Notes under the pieces: model-generated
What the model was told of the DNA's origin: nothing
Databases searched by the model: none
What the model saw: only the letters and a program-made list of their open reading frames with translations
Translations under genes and position numbers: made by a program
Assembly: GCA_963840455.1 (NCBI GenBank)
Contig: CAWIYV010000007.1
Coordinates: 482,838 to 546,837 of the forward strand
Length of the DNA: 64,000 nt
From: Nitrospirota bacterium
GTDB lineage: Bacteria; Nitrospirota; UBA9217
Reading direction: 5' to 3'
In this document: in pieces, positions 35,072-44,508 of the stretch
How positions within the stretch are numbered: position 1 is the stretch's first letter
How the letters are laid out: every line of letters starts with the position of its first letter

Positions 35072-35679
35072 GGCCGGTCCTGCCCTTTCTGCTCGATGAT
35101 CCAGTCAGCAGCCTCAGCGAGGTCGTGGGCCGTGAAATCAGGGTCTTCCACGTGGGACGGCCGCCTGTTGCCTGCGTCATCGGGGGCGAACCCGCTCCTG
35201 ACGAGGATGGACCGTGCGCCGGCCCGGTGTCCCAATTCAATGTCGCTCCACTTGTCGCCCACCATGAACGACTGTTTCAGATCGATGTCCAGGTCCCGTG
35301 CAGCCCGGTCCATGAGTCCCGTGGCCGGCTTCCGGCAGTCGCACTGGATCGTGTGCTTCGAGTTGCCCGCCGTGGGATGGTGCGGGCAGTAATAGATCCC
35401 GTCGATCGTGGCGCCGTCCTTCCGGAGCGTGGCGGTCAGCAGTGCATGGGCCTCATGGACCAGGGACTCGGGGAAATAGCCCCGCGCCACGCCGGACTGG
35501 TTGGTGATGATCACCACCTTGAATCCCGCCGCGTTCAGCCGTCTGATGGCAGCAGCGGCGCCAGGAATGACCTTCAGCATGTCCAGGCTCTTCAGGTAGC
35601 CGACCTCTTCGTTGATCGTGCCGTCCCGGTCAAGAAATACCGCTCTATTCATAGTCAGCCTAATAGTACCTTTTCCCAT
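35068..35679 (-). CDS. gmhB: D-glycero-D-manno-heptose 1,7-bisphosphate phosphatase
   Basis: HAD motifs AVFLDRDGTIN, ITNQSG, CDCRKP, MVGDKWSD. Alternative ATG at 35652. Confidence 0.85.
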   Translation of the reverse strand: MGKGTIRLTMNRAVFLDRDGTINEEVGYLKSLDMLKVIPGAAAAIRRLNAAGFKVVIITNQSGVARGYFPESLVHEAHALLTATLRKDGATIDGIYYCPHHPTAGNSKHTIQCDCRKPATGLMDRAARDLDIDLKQSFMVGDKWSDIELGHRAGARSILVRSGFAPDDAGNRRPSHVEDPDFTAHDLAEAADWIIEQKGQDRP

Positions 35680-36719
35680 GAGGCCTTTTCAAGGACCTCG
35701 AGGTCGATCCTGAGGGCCCACACGCTTTCAGGCTCCATGCCTTTGAGCCTGACGCTGTCCTTTTCGGTCGTCACCACCATCGTAGCCCTGCTGTCCGCAG
35801 CGCTCTGAAACACCCGGGCAAGTTCCGACTTCGTGTAAGGATGATGGTCCTGATACCAGGCAGTGCCTTTTACGACCGCTCCCAAGGACCCGAGGAGCGA
35901 GGCCAGGGATTCGGGCCGCGCTATCCCCGCAAAGGCGAAGACCGCGGCACCGTTCAGGGCCGTCAGCGGCCGGATCTCGCTTGATGCAGCGTCAACGAGT
36001 TCCCGGGGAGCGTAGCGGGCGGTGAATATACGGGCGGTCGTGTGCCTCCTGATGGTCTCTTTGAGCGAGGCGACATCGCCTTCCCGCGCCTTCGTGATGA
36101 CAATGACATCTGCCCGTTTAAGGGCGGAAAGCGGCTCCCGCAATATCCCGGCGGGGAACAGCATGCCCCTGCCGAAGGGGTCGCTGGCGTCGATCAGGGC
36201 TATGTTCAGGTCCCGCTCGAGGCGGATATGCTGGTACCCGTCGTCCAGGATGATGCAGCCGGGGTGAAAACGCCCGACAGCGAAGGTCCCTGCGCGAAAC
36301 CGATCGCTTCCGACCACGACCGGGACACGCGCAAGCCGGTTCGCGATCAGGGACGGCTCATCTCCGCCCGCAGCCGTGTCCAGGAACAGTGAAGCGCCGT
36401 CCGATACCACGGTCGTTGCGGATTCGTCCTTCCTGCCGTAACCACGGCTTAACACCAGGGGCCGCCTGCCGTGCTGCTGCATCAGTCCGGCGATATTGAT
36501 AACCGTCGGCGTCTTGCCGGTACCTCCCAGGGTGATGTTGCCGACCGAGATGACCCGGCAGGGAAGTCTTTTCGTCCGGAAGAGTCCTGCTGCATAGGCT
36601 CCTGTGCGGAGCCGTACGAGCACACCATAGACCAGGGACAGGAAAAAGAGAAGAGCCCCCAGAACATGGGAACTCTTCCTGCCGTACATGACATCTTCAA
36701 TGTACTCTTTATTGAGCAA
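35655..36719 (-). CDS. lpxK: Tetraacyldisaccharide 4'-kinase
   Basis: P-loop VGNITLGGTGKTP followed by SRGYGR. N-terminal membrane anchor. Confidence 0.85.
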   Translation of the reverse strand: MLNKEYIEDVMYGRKSSHVLGALLFFLSLVYGVLVRLRTGAYAAGLFRTKRLPCRVISVGNITLGGTGKTPTVINIAGLMQQHGRRPLVLSRGYGRKDESATTVVSDGASLFLDTAAGGDEPSLIANRLARVPVVVGSDRFRAGTFAVGRFHPGCIILDDGYQHIRLERDLNIALIDASDPFGRGMLFPAGILREPLSALKRADVIVITKAREGDVASLKETIRRHTTARIFTARYAPRELVDAASSEIRPLTALNGAAVFAFAGIARPESLASLLGSLGAVVKGTAWYQDHHPYTKSELARVFQSAADSRATMVVTTEKDSVRLKGMEPESVWALRIDLEVLEKASWEKVLLG

Positions 36720-37971
36720 TGATCAGCCTATGTACCGCATCGATGGTTCGTACTGTGGCGCCGGAATTGGCCGCGATCACCTTGAATGCTTTCTCTCCCA
36801 TAGTTGAGGAAAGTTGCTTGTCAGAGAGCAGGTTATCAAGTTTTATATAAAGTTCTTCCTTATCTTTGACCATGAGGCCGCCCCCGGCCTGGATCAAGGC
36901 TTCTGATATCTCTTTAAAGTTGAACATATAACGGCTGAAAATAACAGGTTTTTTCATCGCCGCAGGTTCAAGAAGATTATGTCCGCCGACCTTCACGAGG
37001 CTTCCGCCGACAAAAGCGATATCGCAGGCGCCGTAAAAGGCCCTGAGCTCACCGATGGTATCAAGAAGGACAACATCCCTGACCGGGCCCTTGAGGCGTG
37101 TCCTGCGCTGGCATTCATAGCCGGCACTGGTGATCAGGCCGCATACCTCGTCGAACCGCTCCGGATGGCGCGGTGCAATGATCAGGACGAGATCGGGATA
37201 TTTCTTTCTGAGCCGGGAGAATATCTCGAGCAGGATGGCCTCTTCTCCCCGGTGCGTGCTCCCCGCCGTGATGACCCGTCGCCCGGCCGCAATAGCGACC
37301 GGACGCTGTTGTGCCGGGGAGATCTTCTGGTCGAACTTGAGGTTCCCCGTCACCATGACGCGGTCCGGAGGGGCCCCGATGTCCCTGATGCGCGCAGCAT
37401 CCTCGTCGGACTGCATGCAGAAGAGCGTTACGCTCTTGAACACCTCGGTGAAGAAGCGCCTGAACCTGAGGTAATTACCGTACGACCTCGGGGAGATCCT
37501 GCCATTGATCAGGGCCGAGGGTATCCCCTGCCGCTGGAGCTCCCGGAAGAAGTTCGGCCACAGCTCGGTCTCAGCGACCAGGACGATTACTGGATTGATC
37601 TTCTGGATCACCCGGCGCACGATCCAGGGATAGTCGAAGGGAAAGTAGAATACCGCATCCGCCTCGGGGACGCGCTGCTTCGCCGTGAAGTTCCCCGTGA
37701 CAGTCACCGTGGACAGGATGAGCTTCCGGCCGGGATATTTCTTCTTGAGCTCGCGGATGAGAGGATGCGCCGCCATGACCTCTCCCACGGACACAGCATG
37801 GACCCAGATGGGACGGGTGCCTCCGAGGACCTTCAAGACCCCTTTCCGCACCCTGCCGAGCTTCTGGGATATCCCTCCCCGGTACTTGGGGACCGTAGCG
37901 AGCTTGAACAGAATGTAGGGCGACAGTATGATGGTGGCAAGAACGAGGATGAGGTTGTACAGGATATACAT
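36709..37971 (-). CDS. waaA: 3-deoxy-D-manno-octulosonic acid (Kdo) transferase
   Basis: N-terminal anchor, IWVHAVSVGEV motif, and C-terminal VGGSLVKVGGHNLLEPA. Confidence 0.9.
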   Translation of the reverse strand: MYILYNLILVLATIILSPYILFKLATVPKYRGGISQKLGRVRKGVLKVLGGTRPIWVHAVSVGEVMAAHPLIRELKKKYPGRKLILSTVTVTGNFTAKQRVPEADAVFYFPFDYPWIVRRVIQKINPVIVLVAETELWPNFFRELQRQGIPSALINGRISPRSYGNYLRFRRFFTEVFKSVTLFCMQSDEDAARIRDIGAPPDRVMVTGNLKFDQKISPAQQRPVAIAAGRRVITAGSTHRGEEAILLEIFSRLRKKYPDLVLIIAPRHPERFDEVCGLITSAGYECQRRTRLKGPVRDVVLLDTIGELRAFYGACDIAFVGGSLVKVGGHNLLEPAAMKKPVIFSRYMFNFKEISEALIQAGGGLMVKDKEELYIKLDNLLSDKQLSSTMGEKAFKVIAANSGATVRTIDAVHRLIIAQ

Positions 37972-37974
37972 GGT

Positions 37975-38637
37975 CTATTCACCTTTTACCGGGGCCGGCG
38001 GTCTGAAGATCGCGTCCGCCTTGGCCATGATCGCGTTCAGCGACGCTGTCAGCTCCTTCCGTTTGTTCTCGAGCTCTTCCTCGCCGGTCCCGTTCACGAT
38101 GATCGGTCTGCCGTACAGGATGACGCATTCGGTAAAGGGCCAGGGCAACAGGTATTTGTCCCAGATCTTTTCGAGGACCCAGGAACGCCGCGCGCTCACG
38201 ACCACCGGCACGATGGGTTTATCGAGCTTTCCCGCGAGATAGGTCACCCCCTGTTTCACTTCGTAGATCGGTCCCCGCGGTCCGTCCACGGCAAGCGCGA
38301 TGTTCTTGCCGTTCCGGAGAGCTTCCACGAGACCCAGAAGCGCCCGTTCTCCCTTGCGTTTGCTCGAACCGCGCACCACGCCGAACCCGAAACGGGCGAT
38401 GATGCCGGCCTGGATCTCTCCGTCGCGGCTTTCGCTTGCCGGGATGACAATGTTGGAATCCCGGTGTGTATGGAACAGGAGGAACTGTCGCCCGTGCCAG
38501 AAGGCGTAGATGATATTCTTTCCCGCACTCTCCAGACCCCGGGGGATATCTTGGTCCACGAATCTGATCCGGAGCGTCTTGCTCCAGAGGGTGATCAGGA
38601 GCCAGCCGATGAACGATAGTATGCGCGCACGCTGCAT
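37975..38637 (-). CDS. DUF374-domain protein (lysophospholipid acyltransferase-like)
   Basis: IIYAFWHGRQFLL...ASESRDGEIQAGIIARFGFGVVRGSSKRKG...AVDGPRGP. Located between msbA and waaA. Confidence 0.75.
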   Translation of the reverse strand: MQRARILSFIGWLLITLWSKTLRIRFVDQDIPRGLESAGKNIIYAFWHGRQFLLFHTHRDSNIVIPASESRDGEIQAGIIARFGFGVVRGSSKRKGERALLGLVEALRNGKNIALAVDGPRGPIYEVKQGVTYLAGKLDKPIVPVVVSARRSWVLEKIWDKYLLPWPFTECVILYGRPIIVNGTGEEELENKRKELTASLNAIMAKADAIFRPPAPVKGE

Positions 38638-40379
38638 CAGGTCCTTCCTGCCTGCTGTTCGTCCCTGAACTGCTGGTCATAGAGGTTCTTGTATTCCCCG
38701 CACAGCGCAAGAAGCTCCTCGTGTCTGCCCGCTTCCACGATCCTGCCGTCCTTCAGGACGATGATCCGGTCGGCGTTCATGATGGTGGAGAGACGATGGG
38801 CGATGACAAAGCTCGTCCTGCCCTGCATGAGCGTGTCGAGGGCGTTCTGGACCTCCCGTTCCGACTCGGTGTCGAGGGACGACGTTGCCTCGTCCAGGAT
38901 GAGGATGGGCGCGTCCTTGAGCAGTGCCCGGGCGATCGCAATGCGCTGGCGCTGTCCGCCCGAGAGCTTCACCCCCGACTCTCCGATCACCGTATCGTAT
39001 CCCTGGGGAAGCGAGCGGATAAAATCATCGGCATAGGCCGCTCTGGCCGCGCGGACGACATCATCGAACGACTTCTCCGCATGACCATAGGCGATGTTGT
39101 TCCTGATCGTATCATTGAACAGGATCGTCTGCTGTGTCACGATCGCGGTGCAGGAGCGCAGGGATTCCAGGGTCGCGTTGCGGATATCCGTGCCGTCGAT
39201 CAGGATCGCGCCCCCCGTTACATCGTAGAACCGAGGCAGGAGGTTCACGAGCGTGGTCTTTCCTCCCCCGCTCCTGCCGACGATGGCGATGGACTCTCCC
39301 GCCCTGACCGTGAGGTCGATGCCTTTGAGTACGGGGGTCTCCTCGTAGCGGAAGTTAATGCCTTTCAGCTCGATGGTCCTGAAATCACGGGAGAGCCCGA
39401 TCGCGCCTTCCTTGTTCCTGATCTCCGGCTCCGTATCGAGGACCTCGAATATGCGCTTTGCCGCAGCGATCCCGTCCTGCACGACGTTGTTGATGCCGTT
39501 CAGGTCCTTGAGCGGCCGGTAGAAGAAGACAAGCGCGACGGTGAACGAAAAAAAGGCGCCCGGCGTCATGGTCTTGCTCAGGATGATCGCATACAGGCCG
39601 TACAGGATGACGAATGCGGTACCGGTCATGGAGATGACCTCCATCACCGGATGAGAGAGCGCGCTCGTCTTGATGGACCGCATCAATGAATTGAAGAGAC
39701 CTTTGTTGCGGCTGGCGAACCTCCTGCCCTCATACTGCTCCATACCGAAGGCCTTGACGATGCGGATCCCCGATATGGTCTCGTGCAGATGCGTCGTGAG
39801 CTCGCCGATCTGTTCCTGCATCTGCGTGCTCGTTTTCCGGAAGCGTCTGCTGAACTTGGAAAGCGCGAGGCCGGCGAAGGGCAGCACGACGAGGGAAAAG
39901 GCCGCCAGGCGCCAGTTCAGATAGAGGATATAGCACGTCAGGGCCAGCATGGTAAAGCCACCCTGCACCAGGCTGGACGGCACCCGGGTCAGGGCCCCCT
40001 GCACCAGGTTCACGTCATTGACGATCCGGGACATGATGACGCCCGTCGGTGTTCTGGTGAAATAGGAGAAGGACAGGTTCTGGATGTGCGCGTAGAGCTG
40101 GTCGCGGATGTCGTTCACGACCTTCTGGCCCACATACCCCATGAAGTAGTCGCGCGCATACCAGGTGATCCCCTTCAGGATGCTGACGACGATAAGCGCC
40201 AGAGGCACCCAGCGCCCGAGCTCCCAGTCCATGCCGATGATGACCTTGTCGATCACCGGCTTGACGAGGTAGGTCTGTGCGGAGATCATGGCGCTGGAGA
40301 GCAGCATGAAGACCGCTGCCCAGACCAGCCGCATGCGGTAGGGCTTCAAATAGATGAGGAGTCGCTTGTAGATTTCCAT
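38637..40379 (-). CDS. msbA: Lipid A export ABC transporter (fused permease/ATPase)
   Basis: Six N-terminal TM helices, Walker A GRSGGGKTT, signature LSGGQRQR, Walker B ILILDEATSSLD. Lies in the lipid A gene context. Confidence 0.85.
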   Translation of the reverse strand: MEIYKRLLIYLKPYRMRLVWAAVFMLLSSAMISAQTYLVKPVIDKVIIGMDWELGRWVPLALIVVSILKGITWYARDYFMGYVGQKVVNDIRDQLYAHIQNLSFSYFTRTPTGVIMSRIVNDVNLVQGALTRVPSSLVQGGFTMLALTCYILYLNWRLAAFSLVVLPFAGLALSKFSRRFRKTSTQMQEQIGELTTHLHETISGIRIVKAFGMEQYEGRRFASRNKGLFNSLMRSIKTSALSHPVMEVISMTGTAFVILYGLYAIILSKTMTPGAFFSFTVALVFFYRPLKDLNGINNVVQDGIAAAKRIFEVLDTEPEIRNKEGAIGLSRDFRTIELKGINFRYEETPVLKGIDLTVRAGESIAIVGRSGGGKTTLVNLLPRFYDVTGGAILIDGTDIRNATLESLRSCTAIVTQQTILFNDTIRNNIAYGHAEKSFDDVVRAARAAYADDFIRSLPQGYDTVIGESGVKLSGGQRQRIAIARALLKDAPILILDEATSSLDTESEREVQNALDTLMQGRTSFVIAHRLSTIMNADRIIVLKDGRIVEAGRHEELLALCGEYKNLYDQQFRDEQQAGRT

Positions 40380-40384
40380 ATCGA

Positions 40385-41524
40385 TTATGCCGCCTTGGCA
40401 AGCAGTTCGAGGACCACTGCGGCAGCGCGCCGGGATGCGCCGCCCTCGCCCAGCAGCGTTCGCACGCGCACAAGCTCTTCCGTCATCGTGCGATGTTTTT
40501 CGGGATTGGCAAGGATCGCACCGATCTCCTCGGCGATCCGCTCCGGGGTCGCTTCATCCTGAAGGAGCTCCGGGACGACGGTCCTGCCTGCCACGATGTT
40601 CACCAGGCCGAAGTTCTTCACGCTCACAAGCAGCCTGCCAATCCAGTACGTAAGTCGGGACGCCCGGTAGACGATCACCATCGGGACCGCCATGAGACCC
40701 GTCTCGAGCGTAGCGGTTCCGGACGTAACCATCGCCGCGTCGGAGGCCCGCAGGACATCATAAACCTGACCGTCAACGATATGCACCGGGACCCCGCTCG
40801 CATCCACGTATCCCGCGACAAGGCTGCGGTCGAGCGTTGGTGCGATCGGCAGGACGAACTGGACGTCCGGGAACCGCCGCTGCAGGACCTTCGCCGCTCC
40901 GAGCATATCCGGCAGTAAATAGGCGATCTCCTTCCTGCGGCTGCCCGGCAGGAGCGCGATCGTGCGCCGGTCCTGCGCGAGGCCCAGTTCTTTGCGAGCT
41001 TCGTCACGGGTATAAGGCGAATCCACCACGTCGGCAAGCGGATGTCCGACGAACCGGACGTCAACGCCGGTGGTACGGTAAAGTTCGACCTCGAAGGGAA
41101 AGACCACGAGGATGGCCTCGACAAGCTTCGCGATGGTCTTCACCCGTCCCTTGCGCCAGGCCCAGACCTGGGGGCTGATGTAATAGAGCACCGGGATGCC
41201 GAGCTTTTTGGCCGCCTTACCGGTCAGGATATTGAAGTCCGGGAAATCGATCAGCACGAGCAGGTCGGGCCGTTCTTCCCGCAGGAACCGCTTCAACTTC
41301 GCGTAGACCCCGTAGATCGCGCCGATATGGGTCAGGACCTCAGTCGCGCCTACCACGGAGATCTCTGACGCATCGGCAAGCATGGTTACGCCGGCCTCGC
41401 GCATCCGCCGGCTGCCGACGCCGTAGACCTTCAGATGAGGTTCCTGCTCGTGGAGCGCCTTCACCAGATTGGAGCCGTGAAGGTCGCCCGATGCTTCACC
41501 GGCGATGATAAGGATCTTCTTCAT
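40385..41524 (-). CDS. lpxB: Lipid-A-disaccharide synthase
   Basis: MKKILIIAGEASGDLHGSNLVKAL...YYISPQVWAWR...LLPGSRRKEI. Confidence 0.9.
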   Translation of the reverse strand: MKKILIIAGEASGDLHGSNLVKALHEQEPHLKVYGVGSRRMREAGVTMLADASEISVVGATEVLTHIGAIYGVYAKLKRFLREERPDLLVLIDFPDFNILTGKAAKKLGIPVLYYISPQVWAWRKGRVKTIAKLVEAILVVFPFEVELYRTTGVDVRFVGHPLADVVDSPYTRDEARKELGLAQDRRTIALLPGSRRKEIAYLLPDMLGAAKVLQRRFPDVQFVLPIAPTLDRSLVAGYVDASGVPVHIVDGQVYDVLRASDAAMVTSGTATLETGLMAVPMVIVYRASRLTYWIGRLLVSVKNFGLVNIVAGRTVVPELLQDEATPERIAEEIGAILANPEKHRTMTEELVRVRTLLGEGGASRRAAAVVLELLAKAA

Positions 41525-41542
41525 GCTTCTCGTACGTGCGGC

Positions 41543-42640
41543 CTAGAGCGCTTTTTTTACCGCTTCAGCGACCGTCCTGATCTGCTCTTCGGTCAGCTCC
41601 GGGTACATGGGGAGCGACAACACTTCCTGCGCGGCTTGCTCCGACACAGGCAGGCTGCCGGCCTTCATACCGAGGTCCTTATATGCGGCCTGGAGGTGCA
41701 ACGGCACCGGATAATAGATCATGGACGACATCTTCGCGTCGTCGAGCCGTTTTTTTACGGCATCTCGGTCCTTGACCCGTATCGTGTACTGGTGATACAC
41801 GTGCTTGCTGTCCCCGCTTTCAACGGGGGTCTGGATCCCCGCTACGGCCAGGTACTTGTTGTACAGGGCGGCGTTCTTCCTGCGGTTCGCATTATAGGTG
41901 TCGATGCGTTTGAACTTGACGTTCAGGATGGCTGCCTGGACCTCGTCGAGCCTGCTGTTGTACCCGATCTCGTCGTGGTAATAGCGCACCTTGCTTCCGT
42001 GGTTCCTGAGGCTGTGCAGGCGCTCGGCGAACTTCGGGTCGTCCGTGATGACCATGCCGCCGTCGCCGTAGCAGCCCAGGTTCTTGCTCGGGAAGAAGCT
42101 GAAGCAGCCGAGATCGCCGAAAGCTCCCGTCTTCCTCCCCCGGTATTCAGCGCCGAAGGACTGCGCGCAGTCCTCGATGACTTTGAGCTTGTGCCGACCG
42201 GCGATCGCCATGAGCGCGTCCATGTCCGACGACTGGCCATAGAGGTGCACCGGCAGGACCGCTTTCGTCCGTTTCGTGATCCGCGACTCGATCTGCGACA
42301 CGTCCATGTTGAACGTATCGGGCAGGATGTCCACGAACACCGGGACCGCGCCACAATACGAGATCGCCTCGGCCGTCGCGATGAACGTGAAGGGCGTGGT
42401 GATGACCTCGTCTCCCGGGCCGATGTCCGCGGCGCGGAGCGCGAGATGCAGGGCATCGGTGCCTGAGGCAACGCCGACGGCGAACTTCACGCCATGGTAG
42501 GCGGCAATGCCCTGTTCGAGGGCCTTTCCCTGGGGGCCGAGGATGAACGCAGTGCTCTGGATGACGCCCAGGACCGCGTTATTGATCTCGTCCTTCATCA
42601 ATTCATACTGGATCTTCAAGTCAACCATGGGAACTGACAT
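41543..42640 (-). CDS. gnnB: DegT-family aminotransferase, GnnB-like (UDP-3-oxo-GlcNAc transaminase candidate)
   Basis: VDLKIQYELMKDEINNAVLGVIQS and SFFPSKNLGCYGDGG. Paired with a Gfo/Idh/MocA oxidoreductase inside the lpx operon. The aminotransferase family is certain. The GnnB role is inferred from context. Confidence 0.65.
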   Translation of the reverse strand: MSVPMVDLKIQYELMKDEINNAVLGVIQSTAFILGPQGKALEQGIAAYHGVKFAVGVASGTDALHLALRAADIGPGDEVITTPFTFIATAEAISYCGAVPVFVDILPDTFNMDVSQIESRITKRTKAVLPVHLYGQSSDMDALMAIAGRHKLKVIEDCAQSFGAEYRGRKTGAFGDLGCFSFFPSKNLGCYGDGGMVITDDPKFAERLHSLRNHGSKVRYYHDEIGYNSRLDEVQAAILNVKFKRIDTYNANRRKNAALYNKYLAVAGIQTPVESGDSKHVYHQYTIRVKDRDAVKKRLDDAKMSSMIYYPVPLHLQAAYKDLGMKAGSLPVSEQAAQEVLSLPMYPELTEEQIRTVAEAVKKAL

Positions 42641-42662
42641 GCGGTGGTGCTCCTCTCTTCCG

Positions 42663-43613
42663 TTATGAGAACGGCACGAAATCGGTCGTGCCTTGTTCGA
42701 TGCAGTGGGTGATCAGCCGGGCAAGCGCCAGGGCGTTCCTGCCCTCGGTCCCGCTGACCTGCGGCCGCTTCCCGCTCTCGATGCTGGCGATGAACGATCG
42801 GATCTCATCGAGGAGCGTGTCACGCCGCTCTGTCGGAAGTTCGATCGTGACGAGGTCGGGCACGGTCGCGGTTCCGCGGCGGGAGACGAAGGCTTTCTGC
42901 GTCTGGTAGTCCGCGGTATAGAGCGTATCGCCGTCGAAGATCCTGATGACCCGCTTTTTCTCGTCCGAGATCCTGCTCGCGACAACGTCGGCGATGCAGC
43001 CGTTCTTGAAGACGATCCGGGCGATGACCGAGTCGATCTCGCGGGTGATGACCGACGCGCCCATGGCGCTCACCTTGTCGGGTTTCGATCCCGCGACATC
43101 GGCCACAATGTCCAGGTCATGGATCATGAGGTCCAGAACAACGTTCACATCGGTGCACCGCACCGTGAACGGAGCACTGCGTTCCGCCTGCACATAACGC
43201 GGTGCCGTCAGAAGCGGCTTGATCGCGGTTATGGCCGGATTAAATCGTTCTATGTGCCCGACCTGGAGGATGACCCGCTTCCTTTCCGCAAGGCTGATGA
43301 GCTCGTCAGCCTGCTCCAGCGTCACGGTGACCGGCTTCTCGAGCAGGACATGGACGCCTGCTTCGAGGAACTGCTTTGCCACCCGGTGATGCAGGACCGT
43401 TGGCACGACGATGCTGACGGCGTCCACGCTCCCCAGAAGCCGGGCAGGCTCGTCGAAGGCCCGTGTGTTCAGCTTGTCCGCGATTTGACCGGCCCGGGCC
43501 CCGTCCTGATCCGCGACACCCACCAGCTCGACGTTCGGGAGGCCCGCGTACTTTTCTGCGTGGAACTGGCCGAGGTATCCGACCCCGATGACCCCTGTGC
43601 GTATCTTGTTCAT
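42663..43613 (-). CDS. gnnA: Gfo/Idh/MocA-family oxidoreductase, GnnA-like (UDP-GlcNAc 3-dehydrogenase candidate)
   Basis: IRTGVIGVGYLGQFHAEKY Rossmann N-terminus and EKPVTVTLEQADELI motif. Located between lpxI and gnnB-like/lpxB. Confidence 0.65.
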   Translation of the reverse strand: MNKIRTGVIGVGYLGQFHAEKYAGLPNVELVGVADQDGARAGQIADKLNTRAFDEPARLLGSVDAVSIVVPTVLHHRVAKQFLEAGVHVLLEKPVTVTLEQADELISLAERKRVILQVGHIERFNPAITAIKPLLTAPRYVQAERSAPFTVRCTDVNVVLDLMIHDLDIVADVAGSKPDKVSAMGASVITREIDSVIARIVFKNGCIADVVASRISDEKKRVIRIFDGDTLYTADYQTQKAFVSRRGTATVPDLVTIELPTERRDTLLDEIRSFIASIESGKRPQVSGTEGRNALALARLITHCIEQGTTDFVPFS

Positions 43614-43631
43614 TCTGAAATCAACCTTGTC

Positions 43632-44456
43632 CTATGTTGGGATCGTTCCGTTCGCGTCAAGAGCGACGATTGCAATGCCCGCCTGGTCTGCCAGCGCAAT
43701 AAGCGCTTCCTTCTGGATCATGATGGTCTTTCCCGCCTCGATCGCAAGGCAGGCGGCTTTGACCTCCTGCATGGCGGAGATCGTCAGGAGGCCGGTGGCC
43801 GGCAGGTCGAACCGCAGGTCCTGCTGGGGCTTGCAGATCTTCACGACCACGGCCCCCTCTTTGCATAACCTTCCGCCGCGGCGGATCGCCTCATCCGTGC
43901 CCTCGATGGCCTCGACCGCCAGGATGGCGAGGTCCTTCACCACCACGGTCTGGCCGATATCGAGACGTCCGATCTCCTTTGCCAGCTGCCATCCGAACGC
44001 GATGTCCTTCCATTCGTTCTTGGACGGCTTTCGCCGGGTCAGGACACCGGCAGGCGCAAGGAGGTTGTCAAGGTAGAGCGTCGATTCACGGACCGTGATG
44101 CCTTCGGACTCCAGCTCTTCGGCCACGGTGCGCAGGATAGAGTCGTCCTTTTTGGTTATCATCCGTGCCAGGACCGCTGCGCCCCGGAGGTCCGGCAGGG
44201 ACCCGCTGAAGAAGCGCGTCTTCTTGATGCCGCCCGCCATGAGCACGTCATGGACGTCCTGGTCCTTGAAGAACTTGATGATCTTGCCGAGATGGCCTAC
44301 CTTGACCCAGCAGATGGCATCACACCACTGCGCGAGCTCCGGAAGAGTTTCTCCCTCGTGCGCGGCAGCAAAGACCTTGAGGCCTTTCTGCTTGGCCGCC
44401 TTGGCGAACTCGATGGGGAAATCGCCATTCCCGGCAATGATCCCTATTTTTTGCAT
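43632..44456 (-). CDS. lpxI: UDP-2,3-diacylglucosamine pyrophosphatase LpxI (DUF1009 family)
   Basis: IGIIAGNGDFPIEFAKAAKQKG N-terminus and C-terminal DIGQTVVVKD...AVEAIEGTDEAIRRGG. Takes the place of lpxH next to lpxA. Confidence 0.8.
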   Translation of the reverse strand: MQKIGIIAGNGDFPIEFAKAAKQKGLKVFAAAHEGETLPELAQWCDAICWVKVGHLGKIIKFFKDQDVHDVLMAGGIKKTRFFSGSLPDLRGAAVLARMITKKDDSILRTVAEELESEGITVRESTLYLDNLLAPAGVLTRRKPSKNEWKDIAFGWQLAKEIGRLDIGQTVVVKDLAILAVEAIEGTDEAIRRGGRLCKEGAVVVKICKPQQDLRFDLPATGLLTISAMQEVKAACLAIEAGKTIMIQKEALIALADQAGIAIVALDANGTIPT

Positions 44457-44508
44457 GGCAGCTTCATCCTGTTCTGCCGTCCGCGTTCCGACGGGGGATC
44501 GCTGTTTC

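Noticed and set aside
36979-38619. 546-aa ORF on the + strand opposite waaA and the DUF374 gene
   Set aside because: The composition is Arg/Asp/Gly/Pro/His-rich with no motifs, as expected for a stop-poor antisense frame in roughly 60-65% GC DNA. The minus-strand genes have unmistakable family signatures.
42693-43868. 391-aa + strand ORF opposite gnnA/lpxI. Similar antisense ORFs occur at 41435-42466, 45981-47312, 55564-56763, 58056-58994, 59462-60385, 28984-29829 and 38721-39689.
   Set aside because: All lie antisense to strongly supported genes in GC-rich DNA and have biased, motif-free sequences.
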